DNA from: the human T2T-CHM13v2.0 reference genome, Homo sapiens
DNA length: 64,000 bases
Reading direction: 5' to 3' (one strand)
Assembly: GCF_009914755.1 (NCBI RefSeq)
Contig: NC_060927.1
The notes beneath the pieces are model-generated. The model saw nothing but the letters and a program-made list of their open reading frames with translations. It was not told the DNA's origin and ran no database searches. A program made the position numbers and the translations under genes. Within the stretch, counting starts at the first letter, position 1. Every line of letters starts with the position of its first letter. Positions 17,094 through 33,969 of the stretch are shown in pieces.

Positions 17094-18234
17094 TAAGATT
17101 GATTATGACTGGAGAGGAAACAATCTCTGACATTGCTAGAAGAACTGCAAGCAAGTCACTGTGCTAGGTGCTGAGATGCAACCATAAATTAGCAGGAAGA
17201 TGCAACTCTGCTCAAAATTCTCCCTGTGGCTAAAAGAATAAGATGCACACAATGCCTTTGATGTCCTGAATGCCATCCCCTTCTCAACCCCATTTCTGGC
17301 CACTCACCACATCAAGCATGTTGTAGCATGTTCTGTCCATGTACTTGTGATTATGCCACGTACATCATGCTCTTTTCATGTCTCTGAATCTCCACTTATG
17401 TTCTTGCATTGGCCTAAACTGCCCTCCTCATATTTCTTTCCCAAGATAGTGTTGCTTAGCCTTCAGGGTACACCTCTAGAACCAGTTCTTCTCTGAAGCC
17501 TCCCATGGAACTACCTGGAGCAAGTTACCCTCATTTTTGCTTCACTTATACACCTTTCTGTTATTACTTGTTACCATCCCATAATAACATTATCTTTTTG
17601 TAGGGCTAGTTTTCTTTCTGTAAGTTCTAGGGTAGAGCCAGTTTTCCTTCCTGTAGAAAGAACACAGTAAGTGTTTACAAAATGAAACTGAACTGAAAAT
17701 GTTTATTCTATCCTTGAATACCTTAAAACCTAGTAGGAAAACTAGGCCAGTAAACACGTAGAACATGTTTATTAGCATACTATGTAAATTTTAGTCTAGA
17801 AAACAAGACATATCAATAAAAACAGATTAAATATATACGTATGTATGTACGTGAAAGTACAGTTAAAACACATTCCATATTAAGAAAATTGTTCAAGTAT
17901 GATTAATTACTGTGAGCATTAAGGTGATAAATGAGTTATTAGTATTAAAGATGAATTATTAATAACTGATTAACCCATTCATATTTATTCTAATTTTAGG
18001 AATTATCATTTAAGGATTACATTTTATGTAAATATCAATGTTTCTAAAAACTTAGCTGATAGTTTGTTATGTAAGTGAAGGAGATCTATTTGGAACTATG
18101 GAGTTTTTGCCTGGAAAATTGTTTTATAATATATTCATAATATGGAATATTATGTTATGTCATAATTTATTATATAGCATGTCATGTTATATATTCATAA
18201 TATATAACTATAAATATATAGCCATATATTTTCT

Positions 18235-19457
18235 ATTTTTTATATTTTATTTTATTTTAAGGTCTGGTATATATGTGCAGAATGTGCAGGTTTGTTACAT
18301 AGGTAAACGTGTGCCATGGTAGTTTGCTGCACCTATCAACTCATCACCTAGGTATTAAGCCTTGCATGCGTTAGCTATTTATCCTGATACTCTCCCTCCC
18401 CGCAACCCCCTGACAGGCCCCAATGTGTGTTGTTCCCCTCCCTGTGTCCATGTGTTCTAATTGTTCAGCTCCCACTTATAAGTGAGAACATGCACTGTTT
18501 GGTTTTCTGTTCCTGTGTCAGTTTGCTGAAGATAATAGCTCCCAGCTCCATCCATGTCCCTGCAAAGGGCATGATCTCATTCCTTTTTATGGCTGCATAG
18601 TATTCCATGGTGTATATGTACAACATTTTTTTTTTATCTGGTCTGTCCTTGATGGGCATGGCATTTTGGGTTGATTCCATGTCTTTGCTATTGTGAATAG
18701 TGCTGCAATGAACATATGTGTGCATGTATCTTTATAATAGAATGATTTGTAATCCTTTGGGTATATACCCGGTAATGGGATTGCTGGGTCAAATGGTATT
18801 TCTGGTTCTAGATCTTTGAGGAGTCACTGTCTTCCACAATGGTTGAACTAATTTACATTTCCACCAACAGTGTAAAAAAGTTCCTTTTTCTCCACAGCCT
18901 TGCCAGCATGTGTTGTTTCTTGACTTTTTAATAATTGCCATTCTGACTGGCATGAGATGGTATCTCACTGTGGTTTTGATTTGAATTTCTCTAATGTTCA
19001 GTGATGTTGAGCTGTTTTTCATGTTTGTTGGCTGCATACATGTCTTCTTTTGAGTCATGTTGTTCATGCCATTTGCCTACTTTTTAATGTGATTGTTTAC
19101 TCCTTGTAAATTTTCTTATAGATTCTGGATATTAGACCTTTGTCAGATGGATAGATTGGAAGAATTTCCTCCCTTTCTGTAGGTTTTCTGTTCACTCTGA
19201 TGATAGTTTCATTGCTGCGCAGAAGCTCTTTAATTTAATTAAATCCCATTTGTTAAGTTTTGCTTTTGTTGCAATCGCTTTTGATGTTTTTCTCATGTAA
19301 TCTTTGCCTGTGTCTGTGTCCTGAATGGTATTGCCTAGGTTTTCTTCTAGGGTTTTTATAGTTTTTGGTTTTACATTTAAGTCTTTAATCCATCTTGAGT
19401 TAACTTTTGTATAAGGTGTAAGGAAGGGATCCAGTTTCAATTTTCTGCATATGGCTA
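18235..19457 (-). mobile_element. 5'-truncated L1PA, antisense
   Basis: ORF2 C-terminal fragments on the - strand ([13 protein letters not shown]; HCWW; [11 protein letters not shown]) plus 3'UTR; TSD tatatagcca(t/c)a(t/c)attttct on both sides. Confidence 0.92.
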
Positions 19458-20630
19458 TATATAGCCACACATTTTCTTGTCTATATACAAAAGTCAAGGC
19501 AATCATAACCCAAATCCTTTTGGCTAAGATATTTAGCATGCATAACTTTCTGTGACAATACATATATGTAGAAATATTCCATTATAAGTCTATTCTTAAG
19601 GAGAGGTAGTTAATGAATACCTACCAAGCGTTTTTTTTTTTATGTATGATAATTGACATTTATATACTAAATATATAAACAATGTACCTTAATTCCAAAG
19701 AACAATTTACTTTTGAACATGAATGATTAAATTTAAATTACTATGTAAATCAGGCCTAAAGTTATAAAACATTTAGTCTATGTTGGCCCTCATCTAATGA
19801 CCTTTCACAATTAATTTTGTATTTTTTCTTGCATTTTATGAAGAATTCTTTTTGATAAAATGAGAAATTCAGTACAGTGTTAATGCTTCTCTTATTAAAT
19901 CCATGAATTAAGTGCAGTGCTTCCAAATGCTCCAATTCTATGAGGATGCAAATTTATTTAGGAGTATATTAACAGAATTCTAAATGAATGCTTACTAAAT
20001 ATTATACATTCTAATTCAACCATATTCACTAGAAAATGTGGCCTCTAGGTCCTGTCCACTGAGAAACTGAATGTGGCAGCAGAAGAAAATTAAATTTTCA
20101 TTTCCTAAGAGATACTCTTCAATTATGAAATAGTTTGGCTGTCTTGCTCATATTCATGCCTGTACTAAATTAGGCACAGGTAATTATCATGTATCAATTT
20201 TTCCAGAAGTTCCATAAATTCTCCCTGTACATGGCTAATGCATAGATAGGGAGGCTAAATAGCAAAATAAATAACTCTGGATTCCCCTTTTAACAGAATG
20301 GCTCTTTTCAAATACTTATATGTTACAATAATCAGTGTGAAACTCTCCACCTTCTCCATTTTACAGCATTAGGATCCACTAAATGTTTGATAATGGTAAT
20401 GATTTATGTGACCCATTTTTAGCAAAGGTAAAAATGTTTTTCATAGCTATACTCTGTGTTTACTCAAGTGTCAATTTTAATGGTTTGCATAGTTTTATCC
20501 ACAGAGAGATATTACTCTGAAAATGCAACTTGCATTTCTGTATTTTGACCACATTCTTGTCCTGCTTGACAGGTACTTTTACTTCCTATTTTGCTAGAAT
20601 TTATACAAACAGCTTTCAAACACTGTCCTT

Positions 20631-20884
20631 GAAAACCAAATACTGCATTTTCTCACTTATAAGTGGGAGCTAAATTTTGGGTACTCATGGACATAAAGAT
20701 GGCAATGACAGACACTGAGGATGACTAGAGGAGGGAAGACGGAAAGGGGGCAAGGGTGGAAAAACTATTGGGTGCTGTGCTCACTATCTGGGTGACAGGA
20801 TCATTTGTATCCTAAACCTCAGCAATATGCAATATACCCATGTAACAAACCTACATACGTATCCCTTGAATCTAAAATAAAAGG
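20631..20884 (+). mobile_element. L1 3'-end fragment (older L1PB/L1MA type)
   Basis: gaaaaccaaatactgcattttctcacttataagtgggagctaa...catgtaacaaacctacatacgtatcccttgaatctaaaataaaag. Confidence 0.8.
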
Positions 20885-20931
20885 TTTTTTTAGCTTTTTA
20901 TTTTTTCATATTAAAATGCCTTTATATATAT

Positions 20932-21815
20932 TTTTTGAGCTTTCTCTTTATACTTCAAGTTCTGGGATACATGTGCAGAACATGCAGGTTTGTTACATAG
21001 GTATACACGTGCCATGGTGGTTTGCTGCACCCATCAACCCATCACCTACATTAGGTATTTCTCCTAATGCTGTCCCTCCCCAAGGCCCCAACCCTCCAAC
21101 AGGCCCCGGTGTGTGATGTTCCCTTCCTTGTGTCCATGCATTCTTATTGTTCAACTCCCACTTGTGAGTGACAACATGCGGTGTTTGGTTTTCTGTTCCT
21201 GTGTTAGTTTGCTGAGGATGATGCTTTCCAGCTTCATCCATGTCCCTGCAAAGGACATGAACTCATTCTTTTTTATGGCTGCATAATATTCCATGGTATA
21301 TATGTGCCACATTTTCTTTATCCAGTCTATCACTGATGGACATTTGGGTTGGTTCCAAGTCTTTGCTATTGTGAATAGTGCTGCAATAAACATACGTGTG
21401 TGTGTGTCTTTATAGTAGAATGATTTATAATCCTTTGGGTATATACCCAGTAATGGGATTGCTGGGTCAAATGCTATTTCTGGTTCTAGATCCTTGAGGA
21501 ATTGCCACACTGTCTTCCACAATGGTTGAACTAATTTACACTCCCACCAACAGTGTAAAAGCATTACTATTTCTCCACATCCTCTCCAGCACCTGTTGTT
21601 TTCTGACGTTTTAATGATCGCCATTCTAACTGGCATGAGATGGTGGTATCTTATTGTGCTTTTGATTTGCATTTCTCTAATGACCAGTGCTGATGAGCTT
21701 TTTTTCATATGTTTGTTGGCCACATAAATGTCTTCTTTTGAGAAGTGTCTGTTCATATCCTTTGCCCACTTTTTGATGGGTATTTTTTCTTGTAAATTTA
21801 AGTTTCTTGTAGATT
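20932..21815 (-). mobile_element. 5'-truncated L1PA, antisense
   Basis: ORF 21151-21756(-) is the L1 ORF2 C-terminus ([10 protein letters not shown]...[16 protein letters not shown]...[11 protein letters not shown]) followed by L1PA 3'UTR. Confidence 0.93.
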
Positions 21816-22669
21816 ATTATCAAAATAATAAAAATATATAAAATGCTGTCTTTAAGAGGTAAAGGGGAGGGTATTTGCAGGGGAGGGTCGTGTAGAAGAA
21901 ATTGCTTTTGTATTTTAGCAGTTTTTTTCCTCTTAACAGTAAGTTCTACAGAAATTATATGCTGAATTGAAATTGTATTTTTATCCAAAATATAAGAATC
22001 TATTCAAGAAAAGGTAAGATTGCTGTACCTATTACCAAATCCAATGAAATACCGCAAGATTTATATACATAGTTGTACATCTCTAAGATTTAAATAAGAT
22101 TGCCAGATCCTTCCATTTATCCATGGTAGCAAAAATAGTTTGTTTCATATATAAAAATTTATGTAAAACACCCAAAAAGCACTTAAGTATAAAATCTGCT
22201 ACAGCGTAAGCATTATGTGATTATTACCTATTGTTAATATTATTGTAGTTTGTTTAGTGTACATTTTAAGTCCTGGTATTTACACTGTGTTAATCTTATA
22301 GGTAGCTTTATATATACTTCTCTCTAAATTGAGTTTTTTAAACTTGATTCTTTTGAATTTTCTCCTCTTCAGTGTATATGCTTCCTTTTCAGTCTTTACT
22401 GATATAGCTTAGATATAAAAAGATTTTTCTAAAGTCAGCATCAAATACTTTAATACTTGGAAGCAGATGTACCTTGCTGTATGTAGTATCAGTCTACTCT
22501 GGCTTTGTAGTCTCAGATTTGTCATTTGTGATCAGAGTGTTGGACATCAAAGGATGTGAAGTGGTTCTCTATTTTGTAACCAGAAACTATCCTGATATTT
22601 TGAAATAATTGCCTATTAATAAAGCATTTTAGTTTCATGTTTGTAAAGAAAACTACATAAGTCGTCTGC

Positions 22670-23007
22670 TTTTTTGTTGTTGCTGTTTTGTTTTGTTTTG
22701 TTTTGTTTTTCTTTTAGACAGAATCTCACTCTGTCACCCAGGCTGGAATGCAATGGCATGGTCTTGGCTCTGCAAGAGCACTGCAACCTCCACCTCCCAG
22801 GTTCAAAAGCCATTCTCCTGCCTCAGCCTCCTAAGTAGCTGGGATTACAGGCATGCGCCACCATGTCCAGCTAATTTTTGTGTTTTTAGTAGAGATGGGT
22901 TTTTGCCATATTGGCCAGGCTGGTCTCGAACTCCTGACCTCAGGTGATCCACCTGCCTCGGCCTCCCAAAGTGCTGGGATTACAGGCATGGGCCACTGCA
23001 CCCGGCC
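22670..23007 (-). mobile_element. Alu (AluSx-like), antisense
   Basis: (TTTTG)n tail; gaactcctgacctcaggtgatccacctgcc; ends cccggcc. Confidence 0.9.
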
Positions 23008-23369
23008 CTGATTTTGTTTTTTAACATGAGTGCTTTTCATTAGATTTTTCTACAAAGGGTATGATTGGGTTTTTAATCCTTATATGTGTTATAGTCTCCT
23101 ACCTAGGATATATTTGTTATTTTCTAACACTTGTTCTGCAGGTCTTCAAACCTCTACCCTCCATATGGCTCTTCAACTTATTCAGGTAGAAAGTTGCAAA
23201 TGCAGAAATTACATTGTATGCCTTTATTAAAATAGGCATGCCCTTTGGCTTTATAAAAGCAGTGTCATGGCTTTTAATGTTTATAATTTATGAAATGTAA
23301 AATCTACTTCTAATTTTTTTTTTAATTTTTAAAAGTTGTTGTTGGAATTATAGTGATTAGTGATGCGGG

Positions 23370-23625
23370 GGCTTTACTGTCAGAAAGACCTCCATTCATA
23401 TCCTCATTCTACCACCTATTATCTGTGTGATTAGAGAAAGTTGCTTGTTGCTTAGCTCTTTTAAGCTTCAGTTTAGCCTTCTGCAGCCAGGAGATAATGA
23501 CACTTATCTCATAGGGTTGTTCGAGAGCATCATGGAAATCATTAAATAATATATTATTCATAAAAGGATTTGCATAGTGCCTGAAACATAGTAAGCACTC
23601 AATATATGGGAGATAACGATTATTT
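23370..23625. mobile_element. MIR
   Basis: ttaagcttcagttt...gagataatgacacttatctcatagggttgt...gcatagtgcctgaaacatagtaagcactcaata. Confidence 0.65.
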
Positions 23626-23774
23626 ATATTAATATTATCTTTTATTAAGAGGAAAGAAATAATAAATAATCAGTATTTTTCAATAGTTTGCTTTTTAAAA
23701 AAGTCAAGGAATGGACAACTAGAGATTATTTACTCCCTATCTTCAACTTTGAACAAGGTCTTACAAACACCTAG

Positions 23775-25208
<1,434 letters not shown>

Positions 25209-26445
25209 GACAATAGATTTGGCTGATTTACAGTTAAGGTGGCAGGGATTAATATAGCTATTTAATCAAATTACACCAATTACTACTGGAATGCAAACAT
25301 ACGACACCCTAACATCTATAATAATGTGACATGTTATACATAACTACAATATAATAAATGATATTAATGGTATCTACTCCTCGTTGCATGCCTCCTGCAT
25401 GCTAGCACCATCCTATGATCTAACCTTATTTAATCTTTCCAACAATACTATGAAATAGGTATTATTATTGCCATTTTCCTGTGCCAAAACTGAGCCTCAG
25501 AAATTAAGAAACTTGCCGAAGTTCGCCTGGATCGGTCACTCATCATCACCTGACTAGCTAGTGTTTCATCACTAAAGTGTGAAACAAACTAAGCTGCTTT
25601 TAAGAAGCAAAAAGAATCCCCTACTAATATCTTCCTTCTCTTTCTTATTTTAAATGGATCAGGACAACTGTAATACCACCTGGATCCATAGCCCTGCTAT
25701 GCTACTTATTAACTGTATGACCTTGGTTATACAGGTTATTTCATCTTTCTGCTACTCAATGTTTTCTATTACCTGAGAATAACAAAAATACCTGCTTCAA
25801 GGGTTGTGGTGATATTTAAATTAATATCTGTTTTATGCTCTTGCAAGTTTCTGGCATATACTAAGCTCCACATAAGTGTTCAAAAATAAATAGTAGCAAT
25901 AAGCAAACGCATACACACATAAACATTTTAAGCCATTGAATGTATTGTCTGAGACATTCTGTATTTTCTTACTCATTCCCTTTTTTGAGATGGATACCAT
26001 AGAACAATTCTACTTCACAATCAATACCTGCTTTTGGTAGAAAACAAAATAAATAATATCAAGTCAAAGTGCAAAATTTAGATAAAATTTAGCACTCAGT
26101 TTAGTTTGTTTGATATACATGTACTCATCTGTCAATCATATTTTTCCATAACTGTGAACCTGCTAAGACTATTTTCCACTAATCATTCCTTTTGTTTACC
26201 GCCATCATTTCCTTCTCATTTTCCTTAAAACCAGACATTAGAAATGATGCTAATGAAACTTTTTGTTGACTATCACGGACTTATCTCTGTTAAGAGAACA
26301 ACCTATTGCCTTAAATTTTATATTTATAATCTGTATTAATTAGGAGGCAACATCTTAGAAAAAGTGAAGCATTTTGTTCTAACTAGTTGTTTTCACTTTT
26401 AAAATAAAAGTAATAAATGCCTTTGCTTGTTTAAAAATGTATTTC

Positions 26446-26811
<366 letters not shown>

Positions 26812-27035
26812 TCATTAGTTTGGGGAAGAGTCCATATTAAGACCAATATGGCTTGCTGTGGAAACTATTTTTTAAGTTAATATTCTGTTTACGATCACTA
26901 TATTTATTTTCATTGTTTTAAAATAATGTTTTATTTTTTCAAAATTGATACACATTTATATATAATAATTCATAAGGTCAATTAAAACAAAAATAAAGAC
27001 CCATGATTCTTTTGTTTAAAAAAACTCTTAAGTGT

Positions 27036-28390
<1,355 letters not shown>

Positions 28391-29091
28391 TTCTTCAGTG
28401 TAAAAGCACATGGTTTTTAAGATATAATGTTTAACTCACTCTCCATTGATTAATAGTTTTTTTGTGATGATATCATGAGAACAGGTTTATGTTTTAGAGA
28501 TCACTATAACCATAAAGATACATTTTTAATGTAGTGCATTTTATTTTTGCTTTCTCTGAGTTGTAGGGAGCTGAAATGCTAAATGTATTTATTGCAAAAT
28601 AGAATTTGGGTCTAATTTAACCTTGTCCATGGCATTGATGTGGGTGGGAGTTGCACAGTGGCAGAGGGAAAGTAACATAAATTGACCAGGATACTAAGAA
28701 GAGAATGAAATAACCGAGGTAAATGTATGATTAGTCATCTCCAGCTTAAAAAAAAAAATAAAATATATTACTACTAGGTCAAAGGATTTTGAAAGCTACT
28801 CATTTACAAGTTTTACTCAATACTATGATACTAAGTAATCATATGGTAATGATACTTGATCTCAAAACTCATTTGTTGTACCATATATTATGGTTTTGTG
28901 TCTATATCATATATTTTCCTACTTATGTGTTTAAATTCTATTTTGTTATGTCAATCTCTTTGATGCCACCTATTTTTCCATGTTCAATCAAATGCTAATT
29001 GCAGTCAAAAGCCAGTTTTAGCATAATTTACTCTCCATAAAGCAGACTTTAAATATCCACATATCTAACACTTTGTTCTTGTTCCAGGTAA

Positions 29092-29241
<150 letters not shown>

Positions 29242-29726
29242 TAAACACAAATTTTTAAAAATGTTATTCCATAAGAGCTTTATTAAATGATGATATTAAA
29301 TCCTCTATTTACTATGGAGTTCTGGGGTAAAATATAGTTACCACTTGCCAAATAAATCTAGCATGAAATACATTTAACCTCTACAAGCAAAACTATAGAT
29401 ATAGTCTTAACATTAAGTTTATATTATCTGGTTCGTATCATATCTTTGACAATAGATTATATTCTCCGGAAGACCTGTCTTAAACATCTTTGGATTCCCC
29501 ATCCCATCTGACATAATGCCTTGTAGAATAGGTAATCAATAAATGTGTTGATTGACTATCTCAATATGTCCCATTGTAGTAAATCATGTAAGAAAGAAAG
29601 AAGGGAGGATAAATGAGTGACTGCTGTGAGAGCTAGACCAAAGATCCTTTTTAAAAGAATAAAGAATACCCAGTGAGATGGTATAAACATGTTCTAATTC
29701 TTTAATAAAAAAATAAATAAACAGTG

Positions 29727-30057
<331 letters not shown>

Positions 30058-32255
30058 AGTGGTTTTAAAGAAGTAACTTCAAAGTATACCTGGCACATTG
30101 GGGTGTCTAGTAATTTATTTTAAATATCCCAAGAAAAAAATCCAATTGAATTATTTGATTCAAATACCCTATTTTTTTCAGAGTAAAAAAAAAAATCACA
30201 AAATATTAGCCATGTTAAAGCATTTATAATTTGTAAAATACTTTGGAAGTATTTTTAAGTAGCTAACCCCAAGAAATTTGCCATCACAAAAAGGCAACAA
30301 TGAACTTAAGACTGAGTAAATAAGTTATATAAGGATTATTTTTATCATTTCCTTAGAAGAGAGAAAATAAAAATACAATCTGTTTTCTGATGAGATAAAG
30401 ATAGATATATATTAAGATAAAAGAAACTCAACATGTAAGGCCTCTTTATATGCAAATTATTTAACCCAAATTTCCAAATAGCACTGAGATGATAGATTCC
30501 TTAGCAGTTCCTGTGTTAAAGGAGAGAATTTAGTTTTCTTAGCCTGAAGCAGCAGCCTATAGAGAATCAAGCTGACCAAACTATAGCTTCTAAACCTGGA
30601 GTGTGAGGGCCCATAGACTGAATTCAGAGAAGCTGATGCCCTCCAACCCTTGAAATTGCATATAAATATGTGCACACAATGCATCTGCACATATACATGT
30701 AGGTGTGTGTGAGAGAGAAACAGTTTGGGGGGCTCGTATTAATAGCTTTCGAGAAATTCTCAATGTGTCTGTGATGAAAAAAGCCTTTGTCCTCCCAGAT
30801 TTAGGATTGAACGTGTTGTTTTCTAAACAGCACTCAGCTTCTAGCAATGAGTTGATACTAATGTATTTGGTACAACTTCTACCCCTCGTTCAGAGAGCTT
30901 ACAGCCCTAAACACTAATAGAGCTTTTCTAAATGTCTACTATATAAATGTTCCTGTCCACATAAGAGAAATGAGCTTTCCCTGAGTAAATGTTTTCATGG
31001 CTTATATCCAAGCTTCTAGGGCTCTGAACTCTTCAATGGGGTTATCAAGAATGTAGGACTGGTAGAGATTCAAAATATAATGTGGTATCTGTACCTGAGT
31101 CAGAAATATATTCATGGCTGAAGCTTAGCATAATTTAACATTGTCATTCTCTCTTCTTTAGGAATTGAGAGAAATCTGTCTTACCATACTGGCCAAATTC
31201 CAATTGGATAATTACATTGTACTTTCTTAACGTGGCTCTATTTTCAGTTTGATTAGTAATTCCTCACTGTCTCACCCAAACATCTAGGAAGTTATTTCAA
31301 ACAAATAGACTACCTGCTGCCTCTCAGTCCTGACGGAGTAGCACTGCAGTGGGAAATCAATTATTGTGGTCAGTGTAGCTTATAATTTCTAACATATTTG
31401 GAAGGTTTATAAGGTAATATTTAATTGCCTTTGCAGAGACAGAGACAATAGACCATAAATATGCATTATGATAACAGACGGTTTAGAGATTGGAAATAAC
31501 ACTAGAATCTTCCAGAGAATTAATACATTCTATATGCAAAGTATCTGTTTGTTTGATCAAAACTTCCGTGGGAATTGAATCCTTCTCTGTGTCCTACTCA
31601 CAGTTGTATTCCTGGTACCTTGTAAAAAACTGACATATAGTTGACACACAGTGAATGTTCACTGAAGGGTAAAAAAGATGAGGGGAAGAAGACAAGAGGT
31701 TTATTTGGCCCCACATTACATACAGTCTAAGGACTATTTGCCCCCTTAAACATAAGTAAAAAAATCCTGGATTTGCCATTCTCAAATACCACCCCATTCA
31801 GGTTTTCAAGATCACTTGATAAAAGATCTAAAGCAAACTTCCCAGTCTTTCAGTGGGAATTCTTTGATTATTACATTATTAGTTTTGCCAGAGTCTAAGC
31901 AGCTCCAGTATGCCATCCACCCTAACCAATATATCCTTACATTCCCCATGCCATGCACACACACATTAATTTATGAATCATTCATTCAAAAATTATTGTT
32001 TTAATTATAAAACTTGCCCCTTTTTTTCCTCTAAATTAATAGCATTTATCTCTTCATCATTTATTTGAGCACCATATGCTCTGCTTTGTAAGGTTGGTAT
32101 CATTTTCATATGTCTAGTTTTTTCCTCTCCAAATAACATAACCTTGATGATTAATGTCTATAACTCTTCATAACCCCCATAAATACCCAGGAAAATTATT
32201 TGCATGCATTTTGTTTCTACTTTAATGAGAATCTCACGGTGTTTAGGATATATAA

Positions 32256-33135
32256 AGGCTTACCTCAATATATTACAGGTTTGGCTCTATACCACTGCAC
32301 TAAAGTGAATATTCCAATAAAATGAGTCACATGAATTTTTTGTTTCCCAGTGCATATAAAAGTTATATTTACACTATACCATAGTCTATTAAAGGTACAA
32401 AGACATTATGTCTGAAAAAGTAAAGCATATACCTTAATGTAGAAATACTTTATTGCTGAAAAATGCTAATGATCATCTGAGCCATCAGTGAGTCATAAGC
32501 TTTTTGTTGGTGGAGAATCTTGCCTTGATATTGATGGTTTCTAATAGACCAGGGTGGTGGTTGCTGAAGGATGGAGTGGCTGTGGCAATTTCTTAAAATA
32601 AGACAACAATGAAGTTTGCTGCATCCATGTACTCTTCTTTCCATGAACAATTTCTCTGTATCATGCAATGCTGTTTACCCACAGTACAACTTCTTTCAAA
32701 ATTGGAGTCAGTCCTTTCAAACCCTACCACTGCTTTATCAACTAAGTTTCTGTCATAGTTTAAGTCCTTTGTTGTCATTTCAACGTTGTTCGCAGCATCT
32801 TCACCAGGAGTAGATCTCATCTCAAGAAACCACTTTCTTTGTTCATCCCTATGAAGCAACTCCTCATCCATTTAAATTTGATCATGAGATAGCAGCAATC
32901 TAGTCACATTTTCAGGGTTCACTTCTAATTCAAGTTCTCTTGCTGTTTCTACCACATCCACAGTTACTTCCTACAATGAAATTTTGAAACTGTCAGTTAT
33001 AAAAGTCAGAATCAACTTCTTCCAGACCCCTGTTAATGTTGCTATTTTGATCTCCTTCCATGAAACATCAGTGTTTTTATTGGCATCTAGAATGCTGAAT
33101 TCTTTCCAGAAGATTTTTTCTTTGCCCAGATTTTG
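32256..33135 (-). mobile_element. Tigger1 DNA transposon 3' fragment (dead transposase)
   Basis: ORF 32593-32871(-) [36 protein letters not shown]...[11 protein letters not shown] matches the Tigger1/TIGD1-type transposase C-terminus; terminal-like sequence near 32256. Confidence 0.85.
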
Positions 33136-33139
33136 GATC

Positions 33140-33252
33140 TGGGCAAAGAGGCCAGGAATTCTTCCTAACATCTGCAATGCCCAGGAGAGCTCCTCCACAA
33201 CAAAGGATTATCCAGCCAAAATTGTCAATAGTGAAAAGGCTGAGAAATCCTA
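33140..33252 (+). mobile_element. MER20-like hAT fragment
   Basis: aacatctgcaatgcccaggagagc...cacaacaaaggattatccagccaaaattgtcaatagtg...gctgagaaatcct. Confidence 0.7.
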
Positions 33253-33630
33253 TACTGGAGAAAGCATGTGGAAACAGAGAAGAAAAAAAAATTAAAAGAC
33301 AGAATGGGAACATATTAGGTCAAAAGACAGAGGAGTCAAGCATATGAAATGGCTAAAAAAAAAAAGAAAAAGAAGAGAAATGAAAAGATATAGAACAATA
33401 TATGTATGTATATAGGCTTTTAAATGGCTAGAAAATATTTGAACAATATCTTAGAAAGTGATAACGGCAGTTGCCTCTGGAACACGGGACAGAGGCTTTA
33501 GATGAAAGAGGAGTTTTCGTTTCATATACTGCTCTGTAGTGTTTGGAATTTTACCTTGTATATGTATTGCTTTTTTAATTAAAATTGTTACTTAAAAATT
33601 AGAAAAAACTTTTAAAAAATACCATTAATA

Positions 33631-33752
33631 GGCCAGGCGCAGTGACTCATGCCTGTAATTCCAGCACTTTGAGAGGCCTACACAGGACAGTCCAGGAGTT
33701 CAAAACCACCCTGGGTAACATAATGAGACCTTGTTTCTTATTTAAGAAAAAG
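33631..33752 (+). mobile_element. Alu monomer (FLAM-like, internally deleted)
   Basis: ggccaggcgcagtgactcatgcctgtaattccagcactttg...; TSD cattaata. Confidence 0.75.
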
Positions 33753-33969
33753 TCATTAATAATAGAATTAATTAGCAAATTTGAAATCACCCAGAGAATA
33801 ATTCAGTACTATCATTATATTGTTACTTTCTTAAATTATGTGATAAAATTGTATCTTTCTTCAAAAATAGCATATGTGATTTAGCAGTGGGGAAAAATAA
33901 AACCTGCTTTGCTTTCTCTTGCTTCTGGAAAAACGGAGTGACTTGAGATCTTTTGCTAAGACCTCTCAA

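Noticed and set aside
32593-33198. Transposase-like ORFs as a domesticated TIGD gene
   Set aside because: Fragmented, frameshifted 3' piece of Tigger1; no DNA-binding or complete DDE domain.
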